Below the pieces are notes generated by a model. The model did not search any database. It saw only the letters and a list, made by a program, of their open reading frames with translations, and was not told where the DNA came from. From Phyllobates terribilis (lineage: Eukaryota), in the NCBI RefSeq assembly GCF_046119375.1, contig NW_027362763.1:569780001-569844000 (forward strand): a stretch of 64,000 bases of DNA, read 5' to 3'. Shown here piece by piece: positions 33,789 to 46,605 of the stretch; position 1 is the first letter of the stretch, and the number at the start of each line of letters is the position of its first letter. Made by a program: the position numbers and the translations under genes.

Positions 33789-35866
33789 TATATGTTCTGC
33801 ACTTTAACTCTCTAAGGAGCAGCAATTTTTCGGTTTTGTGCTTTTGTCATTTTCTTCTCTGAGTAAGGCTCAGTATTAGAGCAGATATGTCACCTTCCTT
33901 TTGGCATGGAATAAACATTGAAGGATGTGCATTTTTGTTTAGCTAAAATGGAGGCAGCATATCCTTCAGCATTGAAATGTGCGGTTTCCCTGCACCTTTT
34001 TCACACTACCTCTGCCGATATCACTGCAGGTCCTCCGCATTCAATGGGAACATAGACTATTGTTTTTTTTTTTGCTTTTCCTTAATGACTACTTGACGTA
34101 TACAATGTTGGTAGTCACAGACACTACTCTCGGAATGGCTAGTGTTGTTTACATTAGTAGATCTTGCCAATCTGTGAACTGAAGTGTCTTGTACTTCTCA
34201 GCAGAGTCGGACTGGCCTGGCGGGCAACAGGTGAAATGCTTAGTGGGCCCCAGAGAAAAGGAAAAAAAAAAGTTTTTAGTGGCGCAGGCCCTTTAAAAAC
34301 GCATGAGGCAGGGGCGCGCACACACAGACCTGACCATGGCCGGTGTCAGCACCTGGCGCACCCAGGCAAGTACCGGGGCTGAGGGGGGAACGCAAGTACC
34401 GGGACCCAAGGGCGCTCTGCTCTGTGACAGGCCGTGCGCTGACGTCACATAGCAGTTACGTTAAATGGCCGCGGGCCTATCAGAGGCCGCACGCTGACGC
34501 CTGCAGCCTCTGATAGCAGTGACATTGAAAGGCCGCCAGCCTATGTGACATCAGTGCGGCCTGTCACAGAGCAGAGCGCCCCCCGTCACAGCTGCAGTCG
34601 GGGGCCATTTTAATGACCACGCCGAATATGAAGCCACTAGAGGACACCGGGGGAGTGCAGGAAGGTGAGAAGAATCTTTTTTTTTTTTCCCCCTCAGTGA
34701 TTAGGCAGGGTAGTGGACATACAGGCTGACATACGGGCCTACGATGGGGACATTATTACTGGAAGGGGCCCAGGATGGGGACATTGTTAAAGTAGACGTA
34801 GATGGGGGAAACATAGGGGTCTAGGATGGGGACACTAAGGTGCCCAGGATCTGGGACCTTATTTAATAAAGGGGTTACATAATTACTGTATGGGGGTCAG
34901 GATGAGGAACATACATTATTGGTTTATGGTGTCAAGTGGGGACATAATTACTGTAGGGGCCAGTCAGGGGACATTGTTACTGCTTTAATTTGATTTACTT
35001 TTGAAGATACTGTCTTCCATGAGAGGTAAAAAAAAGGGGGGGTCCTGTTACTGTGCAGGGCGGCACTGTAGTTTTTTTTTCTTCATCTGACTGGAAGTCG
35101 GGGAAAAAGTGGGGAATGTGCTCTAGAAGTGATCAGCTATTTATAACTGTGTCATATTTTCTGCAGAGATGAGTACTGACTGGATAAAGTGATGGCGGTC
35201 TGTGTCAGATGAAGAAGAAAAGCGAAGATGAAGGACTTCAACTGCTGACGTCACTGGTGAGGCAGTGTGTTACCTGTACACTGACACTATACACTGTATA
35301 CTATGTACAGATGTGCTATGTATAATGTCACTGATGCTCACTGTATTACCTGTACACTATATATAGAGCTTCTGTGTATAATGGCTCTGGTGATCACTGT
35401 ATTACCTGTATACTACATATACATGATCTCTGTATATGCTGTAATGTCACCGGTGATCCCTATATTACCTGTACACTGAAACTATATACAGAGCTCCTGT
35501 GTATAATGTCACCAGTGGTAATATTAGTGTTATTAGTATTGTGGTTTTTATTAATGATCAGTATTGTAGTATTCGGTCACTATGTGGTGGTAATATCTGA
35601 TCTGGTCAAGGTATGGCAGTATTTGTCCCTAGTATGTGGTATTATTCGGTCACTATGAGGTGGTAATATGTGATCTGGTAACGGTGTGGCAGTATTTCTC
35701 GCTTGTATGTGGCATTTTTAGGTCATTATGTGGTGATAATATGTAGTCTGGTCATGGTGTAGCAGTATTTGTTCCCTGTATGTGGTATTGGTCTTGGTAT
35801 AGTGGATTGTGCTGTGTATGCACTTGCAGGTGTTCTACGATGAAAACAAGTAGCCACCTATCCTAT

Positions 35867-36047
35867 GGCCATGTTCACACATTCGGTATTTGGTCAGGAT
35901 TTGTAAGCCAAAAGCAGTAGTGGGTGATAAATGCAGAAGTGGTGTCATGTTTCTATTATACTTTTCCTCTGATTGTTCCATGCCTGATTTTGGCATACAA
36001 ATACTGATGTAAAATACTGACCAAATACTGAACGTGTGAACGTGGCC
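35867..36047. mobile_element. Harbinger/PIF-type MITE (relatives at ~29403, 36514 and ~39200-39361)
   Basis: TIRs GGCCATGTTCACAC / GTGTGAACGTGGCC. Shared core cagtatttggtca...aggagtgggtgataaatacagaagtgg. Confidence 0.7.
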
Positions 36048-36630
36048 AAAGGATAACTGATAATTCTTATTGCTTGGTGGGGGTCCAACTGCTTGGACCT
36101 GCACCGATTTGCAGAATGTGAAACTTTTATCCCCATTAGTATGGAGCGGTATGTACGACTCGACCACTGATCATTCATTCCCTAAGGAGCTGCGCTTGGC
36201 TTTTTCTGAAAACCCCCAAAAAGGATGAATGCAGCTGTGGTCAGACATCCCATCTGCCGCTCCATTTTAAAATGGGGATAAAAGTGTCCTGTCAGGGATA
36301 AAAGTTCCCCATTCTTCCGATCGGTGCGGTTTCCAATGGTTGAATTCCACTGATCAATAAGCCATCACCTACCTAACCTGTGGATCGGTGATAACTTGTT
36401 TTCATAAAAGAACCCTTTAAAGCAAACTACAGTAATTGTATATCCCAGTTATTGGGTGCACACAGTAGATGTGCCAGAGTCACCTGTGTTTTACAGTCGA
36501 TGCTCCACTATAAGGCCATGGCCCCACTATCAGTATTTGGTTAGTATTCAGTCATATATTTTCTCAGGAGTGGGAGCCAAAATCAGGAGTGGGTAATAAA
36601 TGCAGAATTGGTGACTTGTTTCTATTATAC

Positions 36631-38746
36631 TATAAGCAGGTACCAGAACGTAACAGCAGAGACACAGGCGGAGCAAAATTATATTTCTTTTATTTAACAA
36701 CTAATATTAATTGTAAAACATGTATTATATGGTAACAATTGCTTTACAATGTTTGATAGTAAAATAAGCAGTAAATCACATAACAGAATAAATTATCAGA
36801 ATACACTAGAATTCAGGGGCTGGTAGTTTAAAATGATCTACTGGAGGGAAGGAGAACTAGATTGTCATTAACTATACTGGGTGAGGGGCAGTCTTTTAAA
36901 GCTTTGGCAATACTCTGTTCCTATCACAACTCGCTGCCTGTTTCCCCTGTAACTCTCTATCCACTTTTGCAATGTTGGCATCTGGTGTCTGCTGGTCCCC
37001 GTCTGACTACTGTCTTTCCCTCTATCCGGGCCCGGTACCATATGTCTCTTTCAGAGGTAACGGCCGGTCTCGCGTGTCCTTCCTGGTTGCCAGCCCGACT
37101 GTGAATCTCTGATCTGACGCCTCCGGAGCTTCTGCAACGTCCTGTCACTGGTGCACACGTCTGAGAACCGTGCCGCCGCATCATGTTTCCGTTCTGTCGA
37201 CCGACGTTAAGGTTCCTCACCCGAGTGACTAGCGTCGCTCAGATCTTTGGGGCTTGACTGTCGACGTCTGCACTGGGAACCTAGACTGGCGTCGCTCAGG
37301 TCTTCGGGGCTTGACTGTCGACGTCTGGGTGGATAAGTGTGGCACCCCGAGGGCTCGGTTGCTACAGAGGTATCGCATCTCAGTTAGAGGTGTGGTATCT
37401 CACTTCCAGGTAAGGATGGAGTGTGGATCAAGACCCTGACGGCTGCATGCATTACACCACATTTCCGGGGGACAGCTCGACGGTGCTCCCAGCAGCGAGC
37501 ACGACAGACCATGTCCCTGGCTGGAGTGGGAGGGAGGGAACACCCAGAACAGGGGGAACCCAGTAGTGCAGGAGCAGAGAGGAAGCAGTTCCTGGATGCA
37601 CAAGAGAGAGATATAAAAGGTGGGGACCATCTTAGGGAGTGAGTTCTGTCAGAGGAGAAGGCAGGGAGCAGAGCTGCTGCATGGGCTCTGCTCCCTGGGC
37701 AGGCCTAGCACAGAGGCCAGAGCCTGAGGGAAGAAAGAAGGGGAGCAGGGAGGCTCCAGGAACACCGAGGAAGGAGGGACCCCAGGGGTGCAGAATGGTC
37801 AGTAGCCACTGCACGCCCGAATTCACCTGAGTGGAGGGGTCAGGCCGCAGAAGGGGAACCGGATCCCTAAATTGATGGAGGAGAAACTACACTCAGCCAA
37901 GAACCGGAGGTTGCGACCATTCATTGGTGCAGCCCCCTGCTAAACCTTATAGGAAGGCACCACATAGGGCCCAGGGAAAACGGCTGGCACGTTATCCCGA
38001 CAAGGTCCGAGGCAGCCGGACAGAAGTGAGGTCACTGGTGGGGTATGAGAGGCCAGAGAAAGGAAACATAAAGGGGCCCTGTGAAGCGCTTCTAAATTAC
38101 CTGGTGGTTGATCGAGCCCCTCACCTGGTGAGCGCAGCACGGCTCGGGAAGTCCTTGCTGACAGAAGTGACCTGGATAACAACTGTGAGTAAAAGACCCT
38201 GGACTGCATCATTGGACTCTGTGTGATTACTGCTGCGCCTGTACCATCACTCCCATCCTCCACTTACACTGCCCTGGGGCTACACTCCTCCCGTGGGGAG
38301 TTATACCATTCCTGTGCTGCACACCAACACCAGCCTCAGCGGCCTGCTTGCAGTGGCGGTCATCCCTGACCGCAATCCACGGGTGGCGTAGTCGGACATT
38401 CAAAACACTGATAAATAGACTGCCACAATTTGGTCTGACCACCCTGAGCCACGGGATCGGGTTGCCACTACTACCCCAGCATCGTACAGAAGCCCGGTTC
38501 TGGGTGCCCCACGGCCCAGGGGGTGAGTCATAAGCGGCACTTTTCTTCCTGACAGGAGCACTGGACACTGCTGTTGCTCCTCCCATATCTCTCTTCGGCA
38601 TCAGAATCACCTCAGAACTTGCACACGTGCTGTTTTTCTCCACAGATCATTTCCCTTACAACAATGTACCTAGAGTCCTGATCAAACTGCTCCCCTCTGC
38701 CACGCCGCCATGCTGTTCTGGTTCCACAGTGCCTTGTCTCCTTACA
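36631..38746. mobile_element. Solo LTR (~920 bp net, TGTAAG/CTTACA type) interrupted by another solo LTR
   Basis: TSD ATAC at 36627-36630 and 38747-38750. Termini TATAAG (TG mutated) ... CTTACA. Short internal duplication at 37228-37327. Confidence 0.72.
37338..38530 (+). mobile_element. Gypsy-type solo LTR (family B)
   Basis: TGTGGCACCCC...GGGTGAGTCA. TSD TAAG at 37334-37337 and 38531-38534. TATAAAA at ~37613. 3' part homologous to the LTRs of the 47228 element. Confidence 0.92.
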
Positions 38747-40977
38747 ATACCTTTTCTCTATTTGTTCCTCACCTGGTTTTGGCTCCCACACCTGAGAAAA
38801 AATACTGACCGAATACTGACCAAATACTAATAGTGGGGCCTTGGCCTAACAGGGATAATGGCTAACAGGTATTTGCATATAGCTGTAGGGTAAGCCCCTA
38901 GAGTCAATTTTCCCTGTGGGCCCCAGACACCCCAGTCCAACCCTGCTTTTGAGGCACAACAAGAATGGTGATTTTAAAATTTCACAGATTTCACAAGACT
39001 TCATCTAAAAAATCCTTTAACCTATGTCAGCCTGAAAAATAGTAGCCTCCTTTTTCTTTTTAAATTTATACACAAGAAGGGTGACATTACATTTCTATGA
39101 AATACCAAAGCCCTGAAAGAAAAAGAAGACTTTCACCCAGTCTGAAACAAAAGTAGAACAAAGAAGGTAGCAAATTAATTGGTTTGTTAATTTGGTATAA
39201 CATGTTCAGTATTTGGTGAGATTTTTACATCAGTATTTATAAGCCAAATCCAGGAGTGGGTGATGAATACAGAAGTGGTGGCGTGTTTCTATTATACTTT
39301 TCCTCTGGCTTATAAATACTGAGGTAAAAACTCACCAAATACTCCACGTGTGCACGTGGCCTTAGGACAATTCTTCCTAGGAAAATGCATACAAAATAGT
39401 TCTCTAGAAGGAAGGAAGGAAACTATTTTTTTTTCTTTCTGTAGGAAGTAGACCCAATCTTTGCTGAAAGTAGACGAAGAACATTTCACTGAGCCAACAG
39501 GCAAAAAAGGAATTTAAAAGATTATAAAAACTTTGCTGCTTTCGTACATAAGTTCTGTCTGCTATTGCAATTCCACTCCTCTGAGGAAAATGGAGCTGAT
39601 CTTCAAAATCACTCAAAGCCTTTGGACAGGTGTGGCACTGTTTTTAGAATGCCGCCATAGTTTCTTATCCAATACAATCCTTTTATTATTTACTCAGGCA
39701 TTTGTTTGCATCATAGTCACATTGACAGCTTGAAGATTTAGTAGACAAAAAATTAAACATAGCTGCAAATGTCAGGCAGCTGCTGCCAAGCCAAATATAA
39801 CAATGGGATGTGTCAAAAATGGTTTAGGCACACACTAACATTGTTTTAACCTTAAATATGTAAAAAACATGGTACTAAGGCCCCAGCAGGAAGACTTATA
39901 CCGGATCACAGAGTTTACATACAACACCCCCTTTTCTCTTCTTGTAGGGTTTTGGTGCATTTACTAATTAGAAAAAGAAACTATGGTGAGAAAGGTAAAG
40001 GAGCAAGTCCAATCATAAGTAAAGATATGGCACCAAGTAGAATAGCAGATATAAAGACACAAGGCTAGCTGTGGTTAAAACACTGGGTAGTCGGAAGTCC
40101 ATCGCAGTATAGGGGGCAGAGACCAAAACATAGATGAAAACTTGCTGTGGTTGGTAAATGCAATCCAGTTAAGGTGCATAAGGGCCACAGACAGGTGTTA
40201 TGCTCTGTCACTTCTGATTAAAAATGGAAATTTACAAAGAACTGATAAATCATGGTAAATAGGAGGTTATAGAACAATATAAATCGACAACTATTAAAAC
40301 AGTCACTTTCTCTATTGAGGTTGACATCTGATCCTGATTTCTGACAAAGGAAAAAGGCTTGCTATGTTTTACCATTAGCCCAACCTCATGATTGCTGACA
40401 TTGTAAAGCCGACAGTCCTCGGCTGTCCAGTAATAACACGTGTTAGGGCATTCCTTAGTGTTTTATGTACATTAAAGGCTGGAATGTATTAGAATTACAG
40501 ATATTTCACTCTCCGACAGCTAAAAGATCGAAGGTCCTCTAGTGGGAATAAAAAAAATAAATTACCTTAATCAAAATGAAATAACTAATTATGTAAATAC
40601 AAAATAAAGTTATGAAATAGATAAATGCTCCCAATGCCATTCTGTGCAGGCCCAAACCATATGGGCACAGAATTGCTTATCTGATGGGAAAACTACATGT
40701 GAGCAGCCAGACTCAGAGAGAAGACTAATGGCACACAGTTTAGGAGCAGGGTCAGACAAGTACTGAGGGTGCATGTCTCTGGGATCCCCATAGGTCAGGA
40801 GTCCCTTGAGACCTGTTGGGCACTCCACATTCACTTGTATGATTATAAGGCTGTTTCTAATTGTCGGTTTTATTGTTACTATGTACAATAATTAATAATA
40901 TGGAATATAAACACAGCAACATCCATTTTATGTAGAAACCTATAAGTGGGCTATATATTAAGGCACTCCTGACAAAT

Positions 40978-41449
40978 ATGAATAATAGTAAAAGGCAGTC
41001 AATCAAGCAAATAAGGCCCAAAGGAGAGTAAATTTCTCATATACATAGTTAGTATCTACAGGAAACACCCCTCACACACATTTCGCCATCAGCTTCATCG
41101 AGGGGTGGAAGAAGCTGACGGCGAAACGTGCGTCAGGGTGTTTCCCGTTGGACCAACACACTGGTTTGCCTCTTTATTGTTTCCTTTTGACATTATTATT
41201 TTGCTATATGTACATACTCTTGTCCCTCCCAGCATGAATGACTTTGCATATCTTTAGGTGCCGTGTGGGATCTGATGCATACATGCGTGCTGTTTACTGT
41301 AGATACTAACTATGTAACACTAGCTTTGATTCTGCATGCTGGTTGCATCATATCCCACAGTGTTACTTTCAGCTATATTGTATATGAGAAATTTCCTCTC
41401 CGTTGGGCCTTATTTGCTTGATTGACTGCATCTTACTATTATTCATATG
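40978..41449. repeat. Nested inverted repeat, probably a Penelope-like element terminal remnant
   Basis: Arms ~40978-41060 and ~41297-41449 are reverse complements. Inner hairpin 41062-41144 contains GAAGAAGCTGACGGCGAAACGTGCGTCAGGG. Confidence 0.6.
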
Positions 41450-43545
41450 AAGGGGTTTATGACTCATCTGTCTATGATAGGCACATTGCACATGTGAGCC
41501 CATGCATGTTATTGGGATATTGATTTACTTAAACTTCGATAGCTAATAAATGATCTTGTCTGATTGGGGCAGATGATAAATATGCTATACGTGCTCTGAG
41601 GCATCCATTTCTGTTTTATATCTCCTTTCAAACTTTTTTTAAATGTATGTTTTTTATTGTGTGTTATTTAATAAACTGACTGTTTTTGATTCTGGCTGTG
41701 ATGCTCCATGTTTGATGTAGGAACCAATTTATATGCTTTGGTAACTTCTGTGTGGATTTCAATAAATGCAGCAGCTGCTGTCACCCACTGTAAAATAAAG
41801 AAAATTTGAAGAATTCTAAAAAAAAATTATAATATGTCTATGCTACATCACAATAAAATAAAAGTATAAGTGATCATATTGCAACCTGCAAGTTGCTGCG
41901 CCTGCAGCAGACAAGACACAAGAAATCTTACAGCTTTGGCTTTTTTTTGTAATTTATATATGTTGAGATTACCGCATTCACTTTCATCATATAATGTAGC
42001 ATAGGCATATGAACTTGTTGCCAATGCAATATGCCACTGCCAAAGTAGATATGTAGCCCTATTGCCCAATTTCACTGATCAGCACTAAAGGGGGAATTCC
42101 CATCACAGAAAGTGACAGTATATTGCTGGGATATACTTTCTCTACTTGATTGATGGGGGGTCCGACATTTAGGTACCTCACCAATCCGCAGGATGATGTT
42201 GATGATCTTCTTCACAGATTTTTGCTCATATTCACTGATTGGGGTGTTCCTCAGTTTCTATACAATCAGTGAACAGAACTGTGTTGCAGACATTTGCACA
42301 TTCTACTGATGACCACCTTCCTCCTGCGATCGAGGGGTGGGAAAATGTGCCATAACATTAATAAATGGAAAAACCGGTTTCGGCTGCCAATACAGCACAT
42401 TTGGGTGACATCTTATAACCTATGGTGAGTTATGCCAGCAGTACATCTATATATACCAGTGATGACCGTCACACATTATCTTATTCTTACAGCACAGACA
42501 CCATAACCATAAATTAGGGTAGTATCTCTTTAAATGATTATATCAGAGGACTGGGTGCTTATTGGAAGGAGTTGGTGTCATTTCTCAAATTATTTCTAAC
42601 AGTATCAAATTATTTTACTTATGCAATTTATACAGTAAATTCAGTCTGTCACAAAACTGGTGTTATCTACGCTATCTTACCTAAAAATTGACTCCATTTT
42701 GAGAAAATAGAGCATCTATATATTTCAATCTTCTCATCGAGTGAAGGGAATAAACCAAACAATTACATACATATTTCTCTCCCCATCAAGTCATTATCTG
42801 TACCCACATGAACACTTCTTTTATCATATCAGACTGATAGAACCGAGTCATAAAGAGTGACTTTATCTGCATTATAATCTGGAGGTGTGTCATAGAGAAA
42901 AATGTAGCCGAATACTGTTTTCTACTCTTCCCCTAATACGTACATGACATAACTTTCTTCAGCCTCCATTGTTGCTGCTTGTTAGCTAAACCTAATTATG
43001 ACACCTTATATACTACATATATTAACATTTTTCTTTAAAAATCTATTTTAATTCTTCACTATAACTGTATGAAAGAAAAATGTCATTTTTGCATTCGGCA
43101 CAAATATAGCAAAAGCATTCATGTACCATCATAGTGATCGTCACCATATTCTCATTATTATGTACTCCTGTTAACAAATATTTAGGCCTACATGTAAAAA
43201 AGGGCTAAACACATAAAAAACACCAAACAAATCACTTGCCTTCTAAATAAAAAAGTAGCAAGCATTTATTACACAGATTGGTAGATCATACCATTTCCAT
43301 TCTTTTTAAAAGTTGTTAGCTTTGTAGACCATTACAACCCCCTCTAAGGTCCCCTAATTCCATCCACTAATGTCTTTTCCCCATACAATGAAAATAGTCT
43401 TTCCCAATCCATTATTATAAGGAAACATAACTAGGAATGTGCAGAAACATTACTGTTGCCCATGCATACCATCAAAGAGAGAGAGGATGGCATTCTTTAC
43501 CTGGCTCGGCCGTGTCCAGCCCTGTTTGGGGGGTAGCACACTCAC

Positions 43546-43656
43546 TGTCTGTTGCTTTGCGTTTCTTCGACATCTGCAGAGTGATCTTCGAATTGTGGTG
43601 CTTCAGGGATGACGGATTGATTGAATGGTAGTGTGAGATGACAAGAATACTCTTTG
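43546..43656 (-). other. Candidate 111-nt exon of an unidentified transcript
   Basis: Acceptor ctctctctccccatag and donor GTGAGT. One frame is open (KEYSCHLTLPFNQSVIPEAPQFEDHSADVEETQSNR). No homology recognised. Confidence 0.3.
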
Positions 43657-44296
43657 CTATGGGGAGAGAGAGACTTTGGAGTGGCTGGAGAGCAAGTAGG
43701 AGGCAGGGACTATGAGGAGAAATTCTACAAATCACAATTCCATCAATGCAATTCTCTATTCTATTTCTCTCCTGTTTTCCCGCTGCTGGAGATAAAACAT
43801 AGGAGTGATTGGGAGTGAAGGCATGGACATAGTCCTCACTAGCAGTGGGCATTCTTTACTGGAAAATTGGAGAAGTGCTGAAACATCGTCACTCAAATTC
43901 TAGTTTTCCAAGTTCCTGATAATAGGTCACGTGTCTTTTTCGCCACTATAGCACATCTCAAGGTAAGTCTCAGATAGAGAGGCGACAGTGTCCTACTGCC
44001 TACTCCACATATGGCTCCAACACTGCACCTGCAGTCAGCAGTACTCATCTTCATAGACTTCCTGGGAGCTGGATCCATCAACCTGTCATTGACCCTCCTT
44101 CCAGTCAAAGCCAACAGTGTGCTCTGTGATGAAAAATTACTATCAAATAAGTTCAACTCCAAAGTTACAGAACACATACACACATAGATACACAAATACA
44201 TACATGCATATATGTTGTACTGGATGACTTTGTAGAGAACTCCTAGGCTGCTGCTATAAATGGTATCAATTGTAACCAAGCAAAAGTGCCAGTTAC

Positions 44297-44378
44297 CTGT
44301 GTTAATGAGGCATCTGCTCCTTTCTTCATTGGCTTCTGTTGGAGGAGATCTTCAGCTGCATCTGACTGTACGGCGATC
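44297..44378 (-). other. Candidate 82-nt exon of an unidentified transcript
   Basis: ttaatttag acceptor and CAG|GTAACT donor. Open frame IAVQSDAAEDLLQQKPMKKGADASLTQ. No homology recognised. Confidence 0.3.
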
Positions 44379-44597
44379 CTAAATTAAAGTGTCTGTGTAT
44401 CGTTATATATGTAATATATGGAAATGCACTATATAAACTGCCCTTCCAGCAACAGAATAACGGCAGAAATCAGTTAAGCAGTAGTCCTGGCAGTGCCAGT
44501 GTTATCCTTGGAGCTGCCTGGCGTCTCTGTGAAGTTAGGAGTTTGTCTTGTGCAAGAAACTGAGGTTTGGGCGAATCTCATGTCCAACAGGAGGCAA

Positions 44598-44943
44598 TGA
44601 CGTCAGCATCTCCACTGCTACAGCTGCCATTCATTGAAATGTTAATGGATCACAGACGCAAGCAGCCGGAACGCGTCATGATGGCAAGCACTCTCACCGT
44701 GGCTATAAGATGCCAGGTCAAAAGCTCGGTTCCATGTAGCTCATTGTGATACCATTGGCAGAAAGTTTACACACACTGAGACGCACCTACTATATGTGTA
44801 TTTGAGTTAATACGTATTTACGTATATGTTCCACTGCTTTCTACAACATTTTCCCACAGTGCAAGGCTTTCTGCACACAAGAGCAGTGCCTCCCAGAAGC
44901 TCCTCTCCCCCCCACCACTTCTCTGCAGCCTGTGCTGACGTCA
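44598..44943. promoter_or_regulatory. Two full CRE palindromes in unique sequence; possible promoter/enhancer
   Basis: TGACGTCA at 44598-44605 and 44936-44943, extra CGTCA half sites, and TATATAAA near 44429. Confidence 0.3.
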
Positions 44944-45267
44944 GAGATGTCTGCGTCAATGCCGCCTCCAGTGACATAAATGGCCCCCACTCTCCTGTGC
45001 TCCCTTTTCTGAATGAGAGCCTAATGGGATTTTTATTATTCCTTATCGTCCTCCGGCAGTATGCTGGTATATTCTTTTACCCTGTAACCAACAGAAGAGA
45101 CAAAGTTAATAAGCAAATGAAGCAAGCAATGAAACATAACCACAGCCATATATCCCCATAAAACTATGTCCCAAAAAAATCACAATCACATTTTTTTTCT
45201 TCTGCATTATTGGCAGAAGAATTTATTTTTTCTATTTTTTTATCTTCTTTTTTCCCCTTTCTTTTAG

Positions 45268-45419
45268 GTTCAAGCTCCCAAAAGTGTTCTGATGTGCATT
45301 ATGTTCATTTCTCCCTTGCAAGTGTTTGCTGCGGGAAGAGTTAACAGCTTTCAGGAGGCGGCACCACAAGCTCACACTGACAAGTGCATCAGCCCTTCCA
45401 GTCTGTTCCCTGTCTTAAG
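45268..45419 (+). other. Candidate plus-strand exon (152 nt)
   Basis: Very long polypyrimidine tract ending ttttag and AAG|GTACTG donor. Upstream strong donor AAG|GTAAGT at 43962/43963. Confidence 0.25.
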
Positions 45420-45882
45420 GTACTGGTTATAATGGAGTAACTCAGCCAAATAAGCGGGGCCAGGATCCAGGATTGTAAAGCTCAGCATATAGAGAATGTG
45501 TACTCTGCTCTAATGAACCTCCTTTGAAACCTTCTTTAGCTCATTTTCCCTAGGACTAGTGATTTCTAGTCAGTATGCTACTGGTGTACCTAAGCCCCAG
45601 AATAGGTTATCATTCTTGGGGCCCACCATACAGCTAAATAGAAATAATGTAAGACATGACAAAGAATGCAACAGAAAAAAAAATGAACACAGTAACTGTT
45701 TCGTTGGGACAAAGCTTACGGAAGTAACTTTAAAAAAAAAGGTTTAATAGTAGCACAACTCCCCATTTATCTATACAGCTAATAAGTTAAAAAAAAACAC
45801 AGAACACCAACTGTTGGAAAAAATGGCTTACAATGTTAATTAAGGGTTACTTTAATGTACTTTGTTGAATAAATATTAAACC

Positions 45883-46605
45883 CAGGGGCGTACCGTACAT
45901 AGAGGCAGCCCATGCAGCTGCTATGGGGCCCCGTGAGACAGGGGGGCCCGATGTGAAACAACATCAGACCCCTCCATCCCGCATCACAATCCTAAGGATG
46001 CAGATACTGTTGAAAACAAACAGGCTCGTTCAGAACCACCAGAAACGCTTAAAAAACACATGGTAGAAGGCCTGCCATGTTCCCCAATGATAATCCCCAT
46101 GTGCTGTGCACATGCTGCGGAAATTTCCGCTGCAGATTATCATTGCGGAAAAAAATGCAGCACTACCAATTATTTTGCGCAAGTGCTGCGTTTTCACCGC
46201 CATAGACTTGCATTAGACCGCATGGATTATGCATCACTGTATATGTAGATGCGCATTCCATGCGTTCTAATGTGCGGATGGTACCCATGTCTAGAGAAAA
46301 GGAGACTCTCCTCCGGACCCTGGTACCATAGAAACTGTAAAAAAAAGAATAAAATAAAAAATAAATATATACTTACCTTCTGGCGGCTCCTGCTGCACTC
46401 CTCCTTGCTTGCTGGCAGTTCGCAATGTACTGAAGGACCTGCGCTGACGTCAGAGTCATGTGACGGATCACGCAACGCTGACGTCGGCAGGTCCTTCAGT
46501 CTACTGCTGTCGGCAGCCGGGACAGTGAAGCAAGACAGCGCGGGCCATCGGAGGGTAAGTATAGATTTATTTTTTTAGTTTTTGACATTTTCTCGGGTCA
46601 CACTA
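45883..46605. mobile_element. Left part of a hAT-type MITE into which the DD37E element inserted
   Basis: Begins CAGGGGCGTAC. The interior resembles other GC-rich MITE interiors in the window (e.g. 34430-34670). The right end is not seen. Confidence 0.5.

Larger units (their letters stand above)
36514..38846. mobile_element. Harbinger-type MITE expanded by two nested LTRs
   Basis: TAA TSD at 36511-36513 and 38847-38849. TIRs GGCCATGGCCCCACTATCAGTATTTGG / CCAAATACTAATAGTGGGGCCTTGGCC. Confidence 0.8.
34202..38945. mobile_element. Composite non-autonomous hAT-type element with nested insertions
   Basis: TIRs CAGAGTCGGACTGG / CCAGTCCAACCCTG. Degenerate 8-bp TSD CTTCTCAG / CTTTTGAG. Internal ~70-bp repeats at 35570-35800. 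Confidence 0.65.

Noticed and set aside
43472-44279. 126-aa and 128-aa minus-strand ORFs as a single-exon gene
   Set aside because: They run through apparent intronic repeats and splice signals and have no recognisable homology; only the exon-like parts were kept, at low confidence.
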